From a virus: 64,000 nt of DNA. Positions 54,133 through 62,424 of the stretch are shown piece by piece. The notes under the pieces are model-generated. The model did no database searches, was not told the origin of the DNA, and worked only from the letters and a program-made list of their open reading frames with translations. The stretch's first letter is position 1. Each line of letters begins with the position of its first letter. A program made the translations under genes and the position numbers. The stretch lies in the IMG/VR virus record IMGVR_UViG_3300040971_000196, positions 1,032-65,031 of that record; one strand, 5' to 3'.

Positions 54133-54399
54133 ATGAAAGAAGAGAATATTGGAAAGGTTGGGAATGTCGTTAGAAATCTTGAAACAGCAAGGCATAATCT
54201 TCAGGCAATACAGCCTCAGTATGGAAAACGGGACTTTGAAGTCAGATTCTATGCAAATGTCCCAAACAAAGGTTGGTGCGGCATTCAAATACAAGGCCAG
54301 GAAATACCAGAAACAGTTCGGCAGGTGTTCTTTGCTTTAATGGACATTGAACTAAAAAAGCAGGTTGATGCGTTAGAAGCAGAACTCGCAGAACTTTAA
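54133..54399 (+). CDS. Hypothetical protein
   Basis: GGAG SD; 88 aa. Confidence 0.55.
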   Translation: MKEENIGKVGNVVRNLETARHNLQAIQPQYGKRDFEVRFYANVPNKGWCGIQIQGQEIPETVRQVFFALMDIELKKQVDALEAELAEL

Positions 54400-54408
54400 G
54401 GAGACAAG

Positions 54409-54807
54409 ATGCAGTTATCATCAGGCGTACAGAGAAGACTTGACGAGGTGAACGCTACGTTCAAAAGCCTCAATAGTGACGCCTGTATTGAAATAGATGA
54501 CAAGGTAAATACCGGCGAGAACGGCGAAGAACAGAATACTGTTGTCGTCGTTCTCGCCGGTGGCCGTCGATATGCCGCATATGCGACGGGATCTTCACTT
54601 GGATTGTCTACCTACCTGCAGGGGCTTCGGCATGCGCTGCAGCTCATTGCCGGTGGGTATCAGTTCAAGGCTATTTCGGCACAGGCAAAGATGGCCCCAC
54701 GCGGCTCAATCCTAAAGGAGCGCAGGGAAAGAGCTGCAAGGACAAGGATTAACCCCAGAACAAATCCTCGCTTTGCGTTTCAGCGAGCAAAATTCATGGA
54801 GGGATGA
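54409..54807 (+). CDS. Hypothetical protein
   Basis: AAGGAG SD. Confidence 0.55.
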   Translation: MQLSSGVQRRLDEVNATFKSLNSDACIEIDDKVNTGENGEEQNTVVVVLAGGRRYAAYATGSSLGLSTYLQGLRHALQLIAGGYQFKAISAQAKMAPRGSILKERRERAARTRINPRTNPRFAFQRAKFMEG

Positions 54808-55337
54808 TGTTTGAACTTCCAGACAGAATCACGAAGGACTTCCTGGACGATCTTGAATGGAGACCCGGGCCACTCGACACATATGAGATATCAGAGATCG
54901 GCCTCATAAAGAGACCCGACAACGTCGATATCAGAGGAGTGTTTCCTGGATTCCTTTACTCGCCGAACCTTGGAATTCGCAGAGGCCCGCATTACCGGCT
55001 AAATCCGGGGGGAGATAAGGCCGCGGTCTACCTGACTCCTGCAACCGTGATCAAGGCTGTTTTTGGCGTCTTTCGCAACAAGGATCTGACAAAGAATACA
55101 TATGCACATCAAATGAAGACTTTAATACTTGAGTACAACCAGCTTCATTTCAGGGAGAAGAGGCGGCTGCCGTACGAGCAGGAAGAAGAGAATGGAATGA
55201 TCAAAATGCGAAGGTGTTGTGACTGCGGAGCAAAGACAAGAAACTATCGATGTGATGCATGCTGGGTTGTCGTAAAGTCAAGAGCGACAAGCTGTGACGA
55301 GCCGTCAAAGGAATACAGAATATTAGGAGGGAGATAG
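54804..55337 (+). CDS. Hypothetical protein with weak NUMOD4-like N-terminus and C-terminal zinc finger
   Basis: EWRP....YEISEIGLIKR; CCDCG......CDAC. Confidence 0.5.
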   Translation: MMFELPDRITKDFLDDLEWRPGPLDTYEISEIGLIKRPDNVDIRGVFPGFLYSPNLGIRRGPHYRLNPGGDKAAVYLTPATVIKAVFGVFRNKDLTKNTYAHQMKTLILEYNQLHFREKRRLPYEQEEENGMIKMRRCCDCGAKTRNYRCDACWVVVKSRATSCDEPSKEYRILGGR

Positions 55338-55338
55338 A

Positions 55339-56415
55339 ATGCCCAAAAAGTATTGGTGCGAATACTGCGGATCAGTATTTCACACCGAAGCCGCTGCAAT
55401 AAGATGCACAAAGCTCAAAGCCTGCCGTGGCCTTGGGTTCCCGCCAAAACCGATCCTCGGAAGCTGCAAGGTCAGGGCAAGTGCTGCCATTTTGGCTCGA
55501 ACCGCTGGAGATATGCTGATGAAGTCCCCAGTAGGCCGCCAGAGCGACAAGGTCCAAAAGATGGGCCAGCGTATCATTGACTGGTCAGACCGCGCCTATA
55601 AGGCAATGGAGGCAAATACGCCCATATCGCTGGGGTGCGCCACAAGGCTTCACCGCGGACTCACCGGATTTGTCGAGGAGCACCTGTGGAAGAACACGAC
55701 GCGACTCCCGAACCTCTACATCATCGAGGTGGCTGACCGGTACGTCTTTGACGCTCTCGAGTTCGTCAAGGAAATCATCGACACCGAGTCTCACCGCAAG
55801 TTCTGGTTTCAGGAAGAGCATCCTGAGTGGCTGCTTTACGATGCCGTCAGTACGCCGCTTGCTATCTACATCTCCCAGATGAAGATGCGTCGGCAGACAA
55901 ACGGAGTGATTGATCAGGCCCTGCAGGCCTACGGGCATCCGAGCAGGCCACGAAATGTGCGGGAAGTCCGCCCTGTTGAGGTCGATCTGCTGGGCGAGAT
56001 GCTTGACCACTGCTGGCGTGATGAGCTTCGCGCCTGGCGGTTCCTGCAGGGGGCCCTGGCCACGGCCAAGAAAGACATCCTGGCTCATGGTACGCCGGAG
56101 AGCCTGGACTTGACCAACCACGATCCGGACAAGGCCTACATTGCGCTCACCGACTACATCTGGGCCGAAGAGGCCCCAGCTCCAAAGAAGGAAAAGCCGC
56201 TCAAGCTGTGGCTGGTAGACAACCGGCACTGGGTCATTGCCAAGGATCGGCAGCGCGCGCGGTTGATTCTTGTCTCAGATGTTGGGCTGCTTTGCGACAA
56301 AATCGTCGGAGTGCCTCCGGGCAAGAAGCTCTACGATGAGCACGGCACGCCACTTGAGACAGCAGAAGAGCTGATTAAGCGATATAGCCGGGAAACATAT
56401 GTCGGGAGGGCATAA
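55339..56415 (+). CDS. Hypothetical protein with N-terminal zinc finger
   Basis: YWCEYCGSVF.TE..A..C; 358 aa. Confidence 0.65.
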   Translation: MPKKYWCEYCGSVFHTEAAAIRCTKLKACRGLGFPPKPILGSCKVRASAAILARTAGDMLMKSPVGRQSDKVQKMGQRIIDWSDRAYKAMEANTPISLGCATRLHRGLTGFVEEHLWKNTTRLPNLYIIEVADRYVFDALEFVKEIIDTESHRKFWFQEEHPEWLLYDAVSTPLAIYISQMKMRRQTNGVIDQALQAYGHPSRPRNVREVRPVEVDLLGEMLDHCWRDELRAWRFLQGALATAKKDILAHGTPESLDLTNHDPDKAYIALTDYIWAEEAPAPKKEKPLKLWLVDNRHWVIAKDRQRARLILVSDVGLLCDKIVGVPPGKKLYDEHGTPLETAEELIKRYSRETYVGRA

Positions 56416-56416
56416 A

Positions 56417-56599
56417 ATGTATGTTATAAAAGGCGGTCGAGGCTATGTAGCAAAAAGTGGATCAGAAACTTCATATGTCCGGACTCTCCAGCAAGCTAGA
56501 AAATTCAAGACAAAAGAAGAGGCACTGGCAAACATATGCCCTGAGAATGAGCACATTCTCGATGTAAACTCCATAATAAGGGAGGCTTTGGAAGAGTGA
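56417..56599 (+). CDS. Hypothetical protein
   Basis: GGAGG SD; start MYVIK. Confidence 0.5.
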   Translation: MYVIKGGRGYVAKSGSETSYVRTLQQARKFKTKEEALANICPENEHILDVNSIIREALEE

Positions 56600-59322
56600 T
56601 TCAAGCACGAAAATACCAGGGTCTGTTGTGTATTAAAGCTCCGCAAGTCTACAATGGAGAAGTGACCAGGGCCGTACGCGGTAAATGGTCCAAGAAATGG
56701 AGCTGCATCGTATCGGACTGGACCAGCTTCAACTGCGCCAAATTGATCGAGCTATGCCAACGCTTTGGCTGGCCAGTAACGGATGAGATTGCAGACACAG
56801 GCTGGCCGGTGATTTTGGGCAGTCCGCAACTCTTTCCCAATATCAAGGGATTTCCCCAAGACCAGCAGCCGATCTGGAGTCTGGAGACAACACTGGAGAG
56901 CATTCAGGAAACAAACCTCAAAAGACAGATGTGGCAACATCAAAAGGACGCCTTCAGGCGTCTTGCCTGGATGAATGGAGCCATCCTCGACATGGGAATG
57001 GGGCCACAGCCTCTCTACTCGAAAGTTATGACACCGTACGGCTGGGCGCTGATGGGAGAAATAAATGTTGGAGATTTTGTGACCGGAGCGGACGGAAAGC
57101 CAACAAAGGTCACAGAGGTCCATGACTTCCAGGGTAAGGAGGTCTATGAGGTGACATTTAGTGACAAATCCTCAACGAGATGCACGAAGGAGCATCTTTG
57201 GCAGGTTTCAACGCCAAAACAAAAACACAGGGGCACTGCTCCCCAGGTAAAAACGCTATTGGAAATAGCGGCGGTAGGACTGAAGACATCAAGTGGCTGG
57301 TGGAAGCATTTCATCCCCATAACAAAGCCAGTTGAATTCTTCTCTAAAAAGCCAGATAGCCTTGACCCTTACTTTGTTGGGCTTTTGATAGGAGATGGAT
57401 GTTTAACAAATGGTGTTCATATTTCAACGCCAGACAAGGAAATTGTAAACTACATTGAAGATATTCTTCCTGGAGATCTGTCAATAAAGCAGAAATCAAA
57501 ATATGATTATTCTATATCATTGGTGGACCAATCATATGATATGAAGGGAAGAAACACGGTACTAAATGAACTAAAACGACTTGGGTTATTTGGGCTGAAA
57601 AGTGAAAATAAGTTCATACCATCTATGTATCTATATGCGCCTATAGAAGATAGAATCGCTCTTTTGCAGGGACTTCTTGACACGGACGGATTTAGCGAAA
57701 TAAATAGGGCTGGCATTGAGTATTCAACATCTTCTCCAAATCTTGCAAGCGATTTTGAGTTTCTTGTTAGATCTCTCGGAGGAACAACGACAAAGTCATT
57801 GAAGAAGACAAAGTGCCTTGATTCTCATCGGTTCTACGTCAAACTACCAAAAGAGATTGATCCGTTTAGGCTGACAAGGAGGAAAATAAGATATCCAAAG
57901 TCTATTGCAAATCCAACAAGATCAATCAGGGACATACAGCTTGTTGGCGTTGAAGACGTTCGGTGCATAAAGGTTGAGAACGAAGACGGTCTGTATATCA
58001 CAGACGACTTTATCGTGACTCACAACACAGGTAAGACGATGACGACGATCAGCCTGATCATGGCCGACAAACACGACATAGGCTTCATTGTCTGCCCAAA
58101 GTCGGTCATTGATGTCTGGCCTCTTGAATTCTTCCGTAACTCGAAGAAGGACTTCCACATCTTGCAACGCGGCAAGGAGTCGATAGCAAAGTTTGTAAAG
58201 AACATTGAAAAAGAGGGGCACAATGCACAAGTCTATAAACGACCATTTGTCTTCATATGCAACTATGAAGCCTTCTGGCGCGGAGAGCTTGCAGACTTTA
58301 TCAAAAACAATCTCTTTGACTACATCGTTTATGATGAAGTTCACCGCCTCAAGACTGCGTCGGGAAGTGCTTCAAAGTTTGCTGCATCTATACGGAAAAA
58401 TGCATCTAGGGTCATTGGAGGCACTGGAACTCTTCTGCCTCATAGCCCGCTTGACGCATTCGCCATATACCGTGCGGTCGATCCGGGGGTATTCGGGACA
58501 CACTATATCCCGTTTCGTTCCAGATACGCGGTCCTCGGCGGATTTGAGGGCAAGCAGGTAGTAGACTTCCAGAACCAGGAAGAGCTGCACCGGATTTTGA
58601 AGGCAATCTCGTTTCGGATCAAGACAGAAGACGCTGTCGAGCTGCCACCGGCACAGCACATTGAACGCTTCTGCGAGCTGAGTCCCGCCACCAGAAAGCT
58701 CTACGAGCAGATGAAGGAGGACCTGATTGCCGAGTTTGACGGCCACACGCTCGAAGCGGCGAATGCTATGGTGAAGGTGCTCCGACTCATGCAGTGTACT
58801 TCGGGCGTCATGAAGGACACGGACGGAAATGAAGTGCGCGTGGGCAGCGAAAAGGCCGAGCTGTTCGCAGACATCATGGAGGACATCGGCCAGGAGGAGC
58901 CGGTCGTCGTCTTTTGTAACTTCACGGCTGACCTGACGGCAGTCAAGGAAATCTGCGACAAGCAGAAACGCACATACTCCGAGCTGTCAGGAAAGAAGAA
59001 TGAGCTCAAAGAATGGCAGGACGGCCGCACAAGCGTGCTGGTTGTTCAGATCAAGGCGGGAAAGGAAGGCGTGGATTTCACCAGGGCCACAATATGCTTC
59101 TATTACAGCATAGGGCATAGCCTGGGGGAATACCTGCAATCTGAAAGACGGATACATAGGCCAGGTCAAACGCGGCCTGTAGTTTACTATCATCTTCTTG
59201 CAAAAAACTCTGTAGACGTAGATGTTTACAAAGCTCTTGACAAGAAGCACGATATTGTATTGAGTGTATTGGACGGGCTTGGAATCAAAACAAGTAAAGG
59301 AGCGAGTGATGGAAACTGCTGA
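56596..59322 (+). CDS. SNF2/SF2 DEAH-box helicase containing an intein
   Basis: Q-motif WQHQ, split Walker A MGMG|TGKT, VCPKSV, DEVH, TGT, and QSERRIHRPGQ. Confidence 0.9.
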   Translation: MIQARKYQGLLCIKAPQVYNGEVTRAVRGKWSKKWSCIVSDWTSFNCAKLIELCQRFGWPVTDEIADTGWPVILGSPQLFPNIKGFPQDQQPIWSLETTLESIQETNLKRQMWQHQKDAFRRLAWMNGAILDMGMGPQPLYSKVMTPYGWALMGEINVGDFVTGADGKPTKVTEVHDFQGKEVYEVTFSDKSSTRCTKEHLWQVSTPKQKHRGTAPQVKTLLEIAAVGLKTSSGWWKHFIPITKPVEFFSKKPDSLDPYFVGLLIGDGCLTNGVHISTPDKEIVNYIEDILPGDLSIKQKSKYDYSISLVDQSYDMKGRNTVLNELKRLGLFGLKSENKFIPSMYLYAPIEDRIALLQGLLDTDGFSEINRAGIEYSTSSPNLASDFEFLVRSLGGTTTKSLKKTKCLDSHRFYVKLPKEIDPFRLTRRKIRYPKSIANPTRSIRDIQLVGVEDVRCIKVENEDGLYITDDFIVTHNTGKTMTTISLIMADKHDIGFIVCPKSVIDVWPLEFFRNSKKDFHILQRGKESIAKFVKNIEKEGHNAQVYKRPFVFICNYEAFWRGELADFIKNNLFDYIVYDEVHRLKTASGSASKFAASIRKNASRVIGGTGTLLPHSPLDAFAIYRAVDPGVFGTHYIPFRSRYAVLGGFEGKQVVDFQNQEELHRILKAISFRIKTEDAVELPPAQHIERFCELSPATRKLYEQMKEDLIAEFDGHTLEAANAMVKVLRLMQCTSGVMKDTDGNEVRVGSEKAELFADIMEDIGQEEPVVVFCNFTADLTAVKEICDKQKRTYSELSGKKNELKEWQDGRTSVLVVQIKAGKEGVDFTRATICFYYSIGHSLGEYLQSERRIHRPGQTRPVVYYHLLAKNSVDVDVYKALDKKHDIVLSVLDGLGIKTSKGASDGNC
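57004..58026 (+). mobile_element. Class-3-type intein with LAGLIDADG endonuclease (341 aa)
   Basis: Starts PQPLYSKVMTP with no N-terminal nucleophile; block B CTKEHLW, block F VRCIKV, block G VTHN, +1 Thr; LAGLIDADG helices GLLIGDG and LQGLLDTDG; lower GC than the flanks. Confidence 0.9.
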
Positions 59323-59683
59323 AAAGGTTGTAAGGGCTGAAAAGAAGGATACGAAGTTTACAATCATTGACCTTGAGAAGGGCAAGGTCGTCAAGGATTT
59401 GGACGAGAAGGTGCGCGAGGCGGCTCTGGACATCCGGGACCGTCCGGACAACCTGAAGCCCAGAAAAGTCACGCTGGAGCTGATCCTGAATTCAAAGGAT
59501 GGATTTGTGTCCGTTCAGGCTGTGGCCAAGCTGGTCTTGCCCATGGACAATCCGAGCAAGACGATCTGCGGCATGCCGGATGACGAGGGCAACCTGCGGA
59601 ATCTCAATTCGAATACCGGAGGCCAGCGCTCCCTGCCCATTCAGTTCGCCACTGAAGACGGTGAATTTGAGGAATACGAATAA
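59309..59683 (+). CDS. Hypothetical protein (YfdP-like)
   Basis: PRKVTLELIL...V......KL pattern; upstream of a DUF2303-like gene. Confidence 0.5.
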   Translation: METAEKVVRAEKKDTKFTIIDLEKGKVVKDLDEKVREAALDIRDRPDNLKPRKVTLELILNSKDGFVSVQAVAKLVLPMDNPSKTICGMPDDEGNLRNLNSNTGGQRSLPIQFATEDGEFEEYE

Positions 59684-59997
59684 TGGATATTGAACAACTC
59701 AAACTCATTCTTGACCTGATGCAAAAGGCTGGCGAAGGCGGTTCTGATCTTTTTATCTTCTATATGTTGCTGAAAACTGTGCCAGGAATATTTGGCGGAG
59801 GGCTCATGATTGGGCTTCTCTACTTTTTAGGAATCCATGGGTTCAGACTCATACGGGCAAATATGGCTGGAGAACGTCTTAGGTCTGCTGCTGGCGTAAG
59901 CGTATATTGGAAGGAAAAGCAGATACAGGCGGCAACTGCCTGTCTCAAAGCTCACTATAAAGACTTCGCGGATAAAGACTACAATCTTTTTGACTAA
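59683..59997 (+). CDS. Membrane protein
   Basis: TAATG overlap; hydrophobic helices. Confidence 0.55.
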   Translation: MDIEQLKLILDLMQKAGEGGSDLFIFYMLLKTVPGIFGGGLMIGLLYFLGIHGFRLIRANMAGERLRSAAGVSVYWKEKQIQAATACLKAHYKDFADKDYNLFD

Positions 59998-60025
59998 ACC
60001 CTTAACAATTCAGAAGGAACCAATC

Positions 60026-60916
60026 ATGATCACCGAAATTCTCGACGCCATCAAGACATTTGGCCGCAAAGCAAACATGCCCCGCACTATGGAACTGCCT
60101 ACCGGAGCCAAAGCGGTCCTGACCCTGGACGCGGCCGGAAATGAGATCCTGCATTACGAGCGCAAGGACGAATACTATCCGGAGTTCCTGTTCACCACTA
60201 TCAAAGACCTCCTCAAGTTCACGGGCTCCATCTCGGAACGTTATGGTATGGACCGCGCGGCAAAATTCCGCGAACTGTACGTCTATACCGAGCAGGACAT
60301 CCCGGTCATGTTCTCCATCGCCGACAACACAACCGGCCCGATCTTGCTGGAGCAGATGTTCACCCTGCGTGAAGACCAGGACTTTGCCCGCTGGTTCTCC
60401 GAGAAGGCCATGGACCAGACCGAGTTCCGCAACCTGCTTTTGGAGCTTCCTGACCAGCACGATCAGCCTGATCTGATTGGCGCTCTTGGCGTCCTGCAGT
60501 ACCGCGTCGAAGTCAATTACGAGGCCAGCGTGGAGACCGAACGCAACGTGCAGCTTGCCTACACCGAGAAGGAGATGAAGGGCTCCGTGAGCATCCCCAA
60601 AACCATGATGGTCACATGCCCTGTTATCGCCGGTGCTGACTTCAAAGTCTCCGCTGAATTCTCGATCATGATCATCAAGCCCAAGAACCCGGGCGACAAG
60701 ATCAAGTTCAAGCTGGTCCCCTACGGCAAGAGCACGGAGCGCATCAAGAAGGAAGCTTGCACGGTCATCGCCGAGAAGGAATTCATCGAACCGGCACAGG
60801 CTATCATCGGCACGTTCGCCACGACGGTCCCGGCCCTGTATCTGCGTGCAAACATCAAGCGTGAAGCACTCAATCCCATGGCGCGTTTTGACACAAAGAC
60901 TCCCTCTGGCCGATAA
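60026..60916 (+). CDS. DUF2303/YfdQ-like protein
   Basis: F..W.....MDQ.EF..LL and IP......CPV pattern; followed by a terminator. Confidence 0.5.
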   Translation: MITEILDAIKTFGRKANMPRTMELPTGAKAVLTLDAAGNEILHYERKDEYYPEFLFTTIKDLLKFTGSISERYGMDRAAKFRELYVYTEQDIPVMFSIADNTTGPILLEQMFTLREDQDFARWFSEKAMDQTEFRNLLLELPDQHDQPDLIGALGVLQYRVEVNYEASVETERNVQLAYTEKEMKGSVSIPKTMMVTCPVIAGADFKVSAEFSIMIIKPKNPGDKIKFKLVPYGKSTERIKKEACTVIAEKEFIEPAQAIIGTFATTVPALYLRANIKREALNPMARFDTKTPSGR

Positions 60917-60925
60917 CCATCACTG

Positions 60926-60948
60926 GGGCTCTGAAAGGAGCCCTTTTT
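60926..60948 (+). terminator. Rho-independent terminator
   Basis: GGGCTC TGAAAG GAGCCC followed by TTTTT. Confidence 0.65.
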
Positions 60949-60959
60949 AAGGAGGCTTA

Positions 60960-61469
60960 ATGTTCGACGAATCCCCTTTCACCCCTGAGGACATCCCAGA
61001 AGAGGTCGAAACCAAAGTCGAGGAAGTTGACCTGCTGGAACAGGCCAGGATCTACGGCATCTTGACCGATCGTAAGAAAATGATTGAGTCCGAATTGGAC
61101 GAGGTCAAATCACAGATGACGACAATTCAGGAGGCCATTGCCGAGAAGATGCTCACCGAGAACCCCCGAATCCGGGTCAAGGTCGGTGAAAAGGATGACG
61201 GCTCCCCCGTCTTCAAGACGGTCCATGTGAAGACGGAAATATGGGCTGGGCACAATGGTGACGAGTCCGGGCTGATCGAGGCCATGAAGGAAGCTGGCCT
61301 TGCCGATATGGTCAAGGAAAAGTTCAACGTCCAGACCCTGTCAGGGTATGTGCGCGGCCTGGACCCGGACAAGAAAATGACTCCGGAAGAGTTATTGGAG
61401 GCGGTTCCTGTTCCCATGCAGAAGTACATAAAAATATCCAAGCTCTTGAAGCTGGGTTGCAGAAGCTAG
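60960..61469 (+). CDS. Phage replication-module hypothetical protein
   Basis: AAGGAGG SD; N-terminal coiled coil; LADMVKEKFNVQTLSGYVR. Confidence 0.65.
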   Translation: MFDESPFTPEDIPEEVETKVEEVDLLEQARIYGILTDRKKMIESELDEVKSQMTTIQEAIAEKMLTENPRIRVKVGEKDDGSPVFKTVHVKTEIWAGHNGDESGLIEAMKEAGLADMVKEKFNVQTLSGYVRGLDPDKKMTPEELLEAVPVPMQKYIKISKLLKLGCRS

Positions 61470-61500
61470 TTGACACACCTATCCCTTTTCCCCTATATAA
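61470..61500 (+). promoter_or_regulatory. Sigma70-like promoter with the phage motif (copy 6) in its spacer
   Basis: TTGACA-CACCTATCCCTTTTCCCC-TATATAA. Confidence 0.55.
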
Positions 61501-61570
61501 ATCTTGTTGCGCAACAACAAAGAATCCTTAAACTCCGAACCCCTTAAAACAACGTACAAGGACAAAAACA

Positions 61571-62344
61571 ATGGCAAAGAACGATGCATTGGCTGTAATC
61601 ACACCTTCTGACTTCAGAGCTGTCGCCATCGTCGGCACGGAACCCGGCGCTCTTGCGGAGATGATCCGCGAGAACGTCGGGAATGACCTATCCAGTTTTG
61701 ATCTGCCCCGGCTCAAGGTTCCGGCTGGTGGTGGATCTTTCTGGGAAGTCCAGACCGCCGAGGGCCCCAAGCCTGCTGAATTCATTGACGGCGTGATTCT
61801 GCTCAGAAAGGACAAAAAGAAGTTTTGGGAAAAAGGTCAGGACGAAGCCGGCGGGGAAACCACGCCGCCTGACTGCTCTTCGGAAGACCGGGTATTCGGA
61901 ACAGGGAATCCTGGCGGTGAGTGCGCCAAGTGCCCCTACAACGTATTCGGTTCTGCCAAGAAAGGTGACGGCAAGGCCTGTCGTGACTTCTCTGAGCTTT
62001 ATATCCTGAAGAAAGACAGCGTCATGCCGTTTGTGGTTCAGGTTCCGGCAACCAGTCTCAAAAACCTCAAACAGTATGGCATGATTCTGGTCGATTCGGC
62101 AAAAAACATGAGCAAGGTTGTCACCCGTTTCTCCCTCACGGTTGAAAACAAGGGCGGCAGCAAGACTTCCATCGTCAACTTCAGGTCGGTCGGCGACATG
62201 CCTGAAGAGCTTGGCGGATTCGTCAAGGAATACCAGCGGTCGATCAAGGAAATGCTTGAAAATCAGGCAGTAGCACAGGATCCATCCGGCAACGGAAGCG
62301 GGCATGCTCCTGAGAATGACGGACCTGCTCCGTTCGCGGAATAA
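61571..62344 (+). CDS. Phage SSB-like/recombination-associated protein
   Basis: PPDCSSED, CAKCPYNVFGS..GKAC, P.TSLK; acidic tail ending GPAPFAE. Confidence 0.6.
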   Translation: MAKNDALAVITPSDFRAVAIVGTEPGALAEMIRENVGNDLSSFDLPRLKVPAGGGSFWEVQTAEGPKPAEFIDGVILLRKDKKKFWEKGQDEAGGETTPPDCSSEDRVFGTGNPGGECAKCPYNVFGSAKKGDGKACRDFSELYILKKDSVMPFVVQVPATSLKNLKQYGMILVDSAKNMSKVVTRFSLTVENKGGSKTSIVNFRSVGDMPEELGGFVKEYQRSIKEMLENQAVAQDPSGNGSGHAPENDGPAPFAE

Positions 62345-62424
62345 AACCCAGCAAGCATAATTGACTGACATTGGGCTGGGATGCATACTCGCATCTCAGC
62401 CCAATTTTTTTGACCGGAGGGACC

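Noticed and set aside
54804..55337. NUMOD4-HNH homing endonuclease
   Set aside because: Only a weak NUMOD4-like start, with no HNH catalytic motif.
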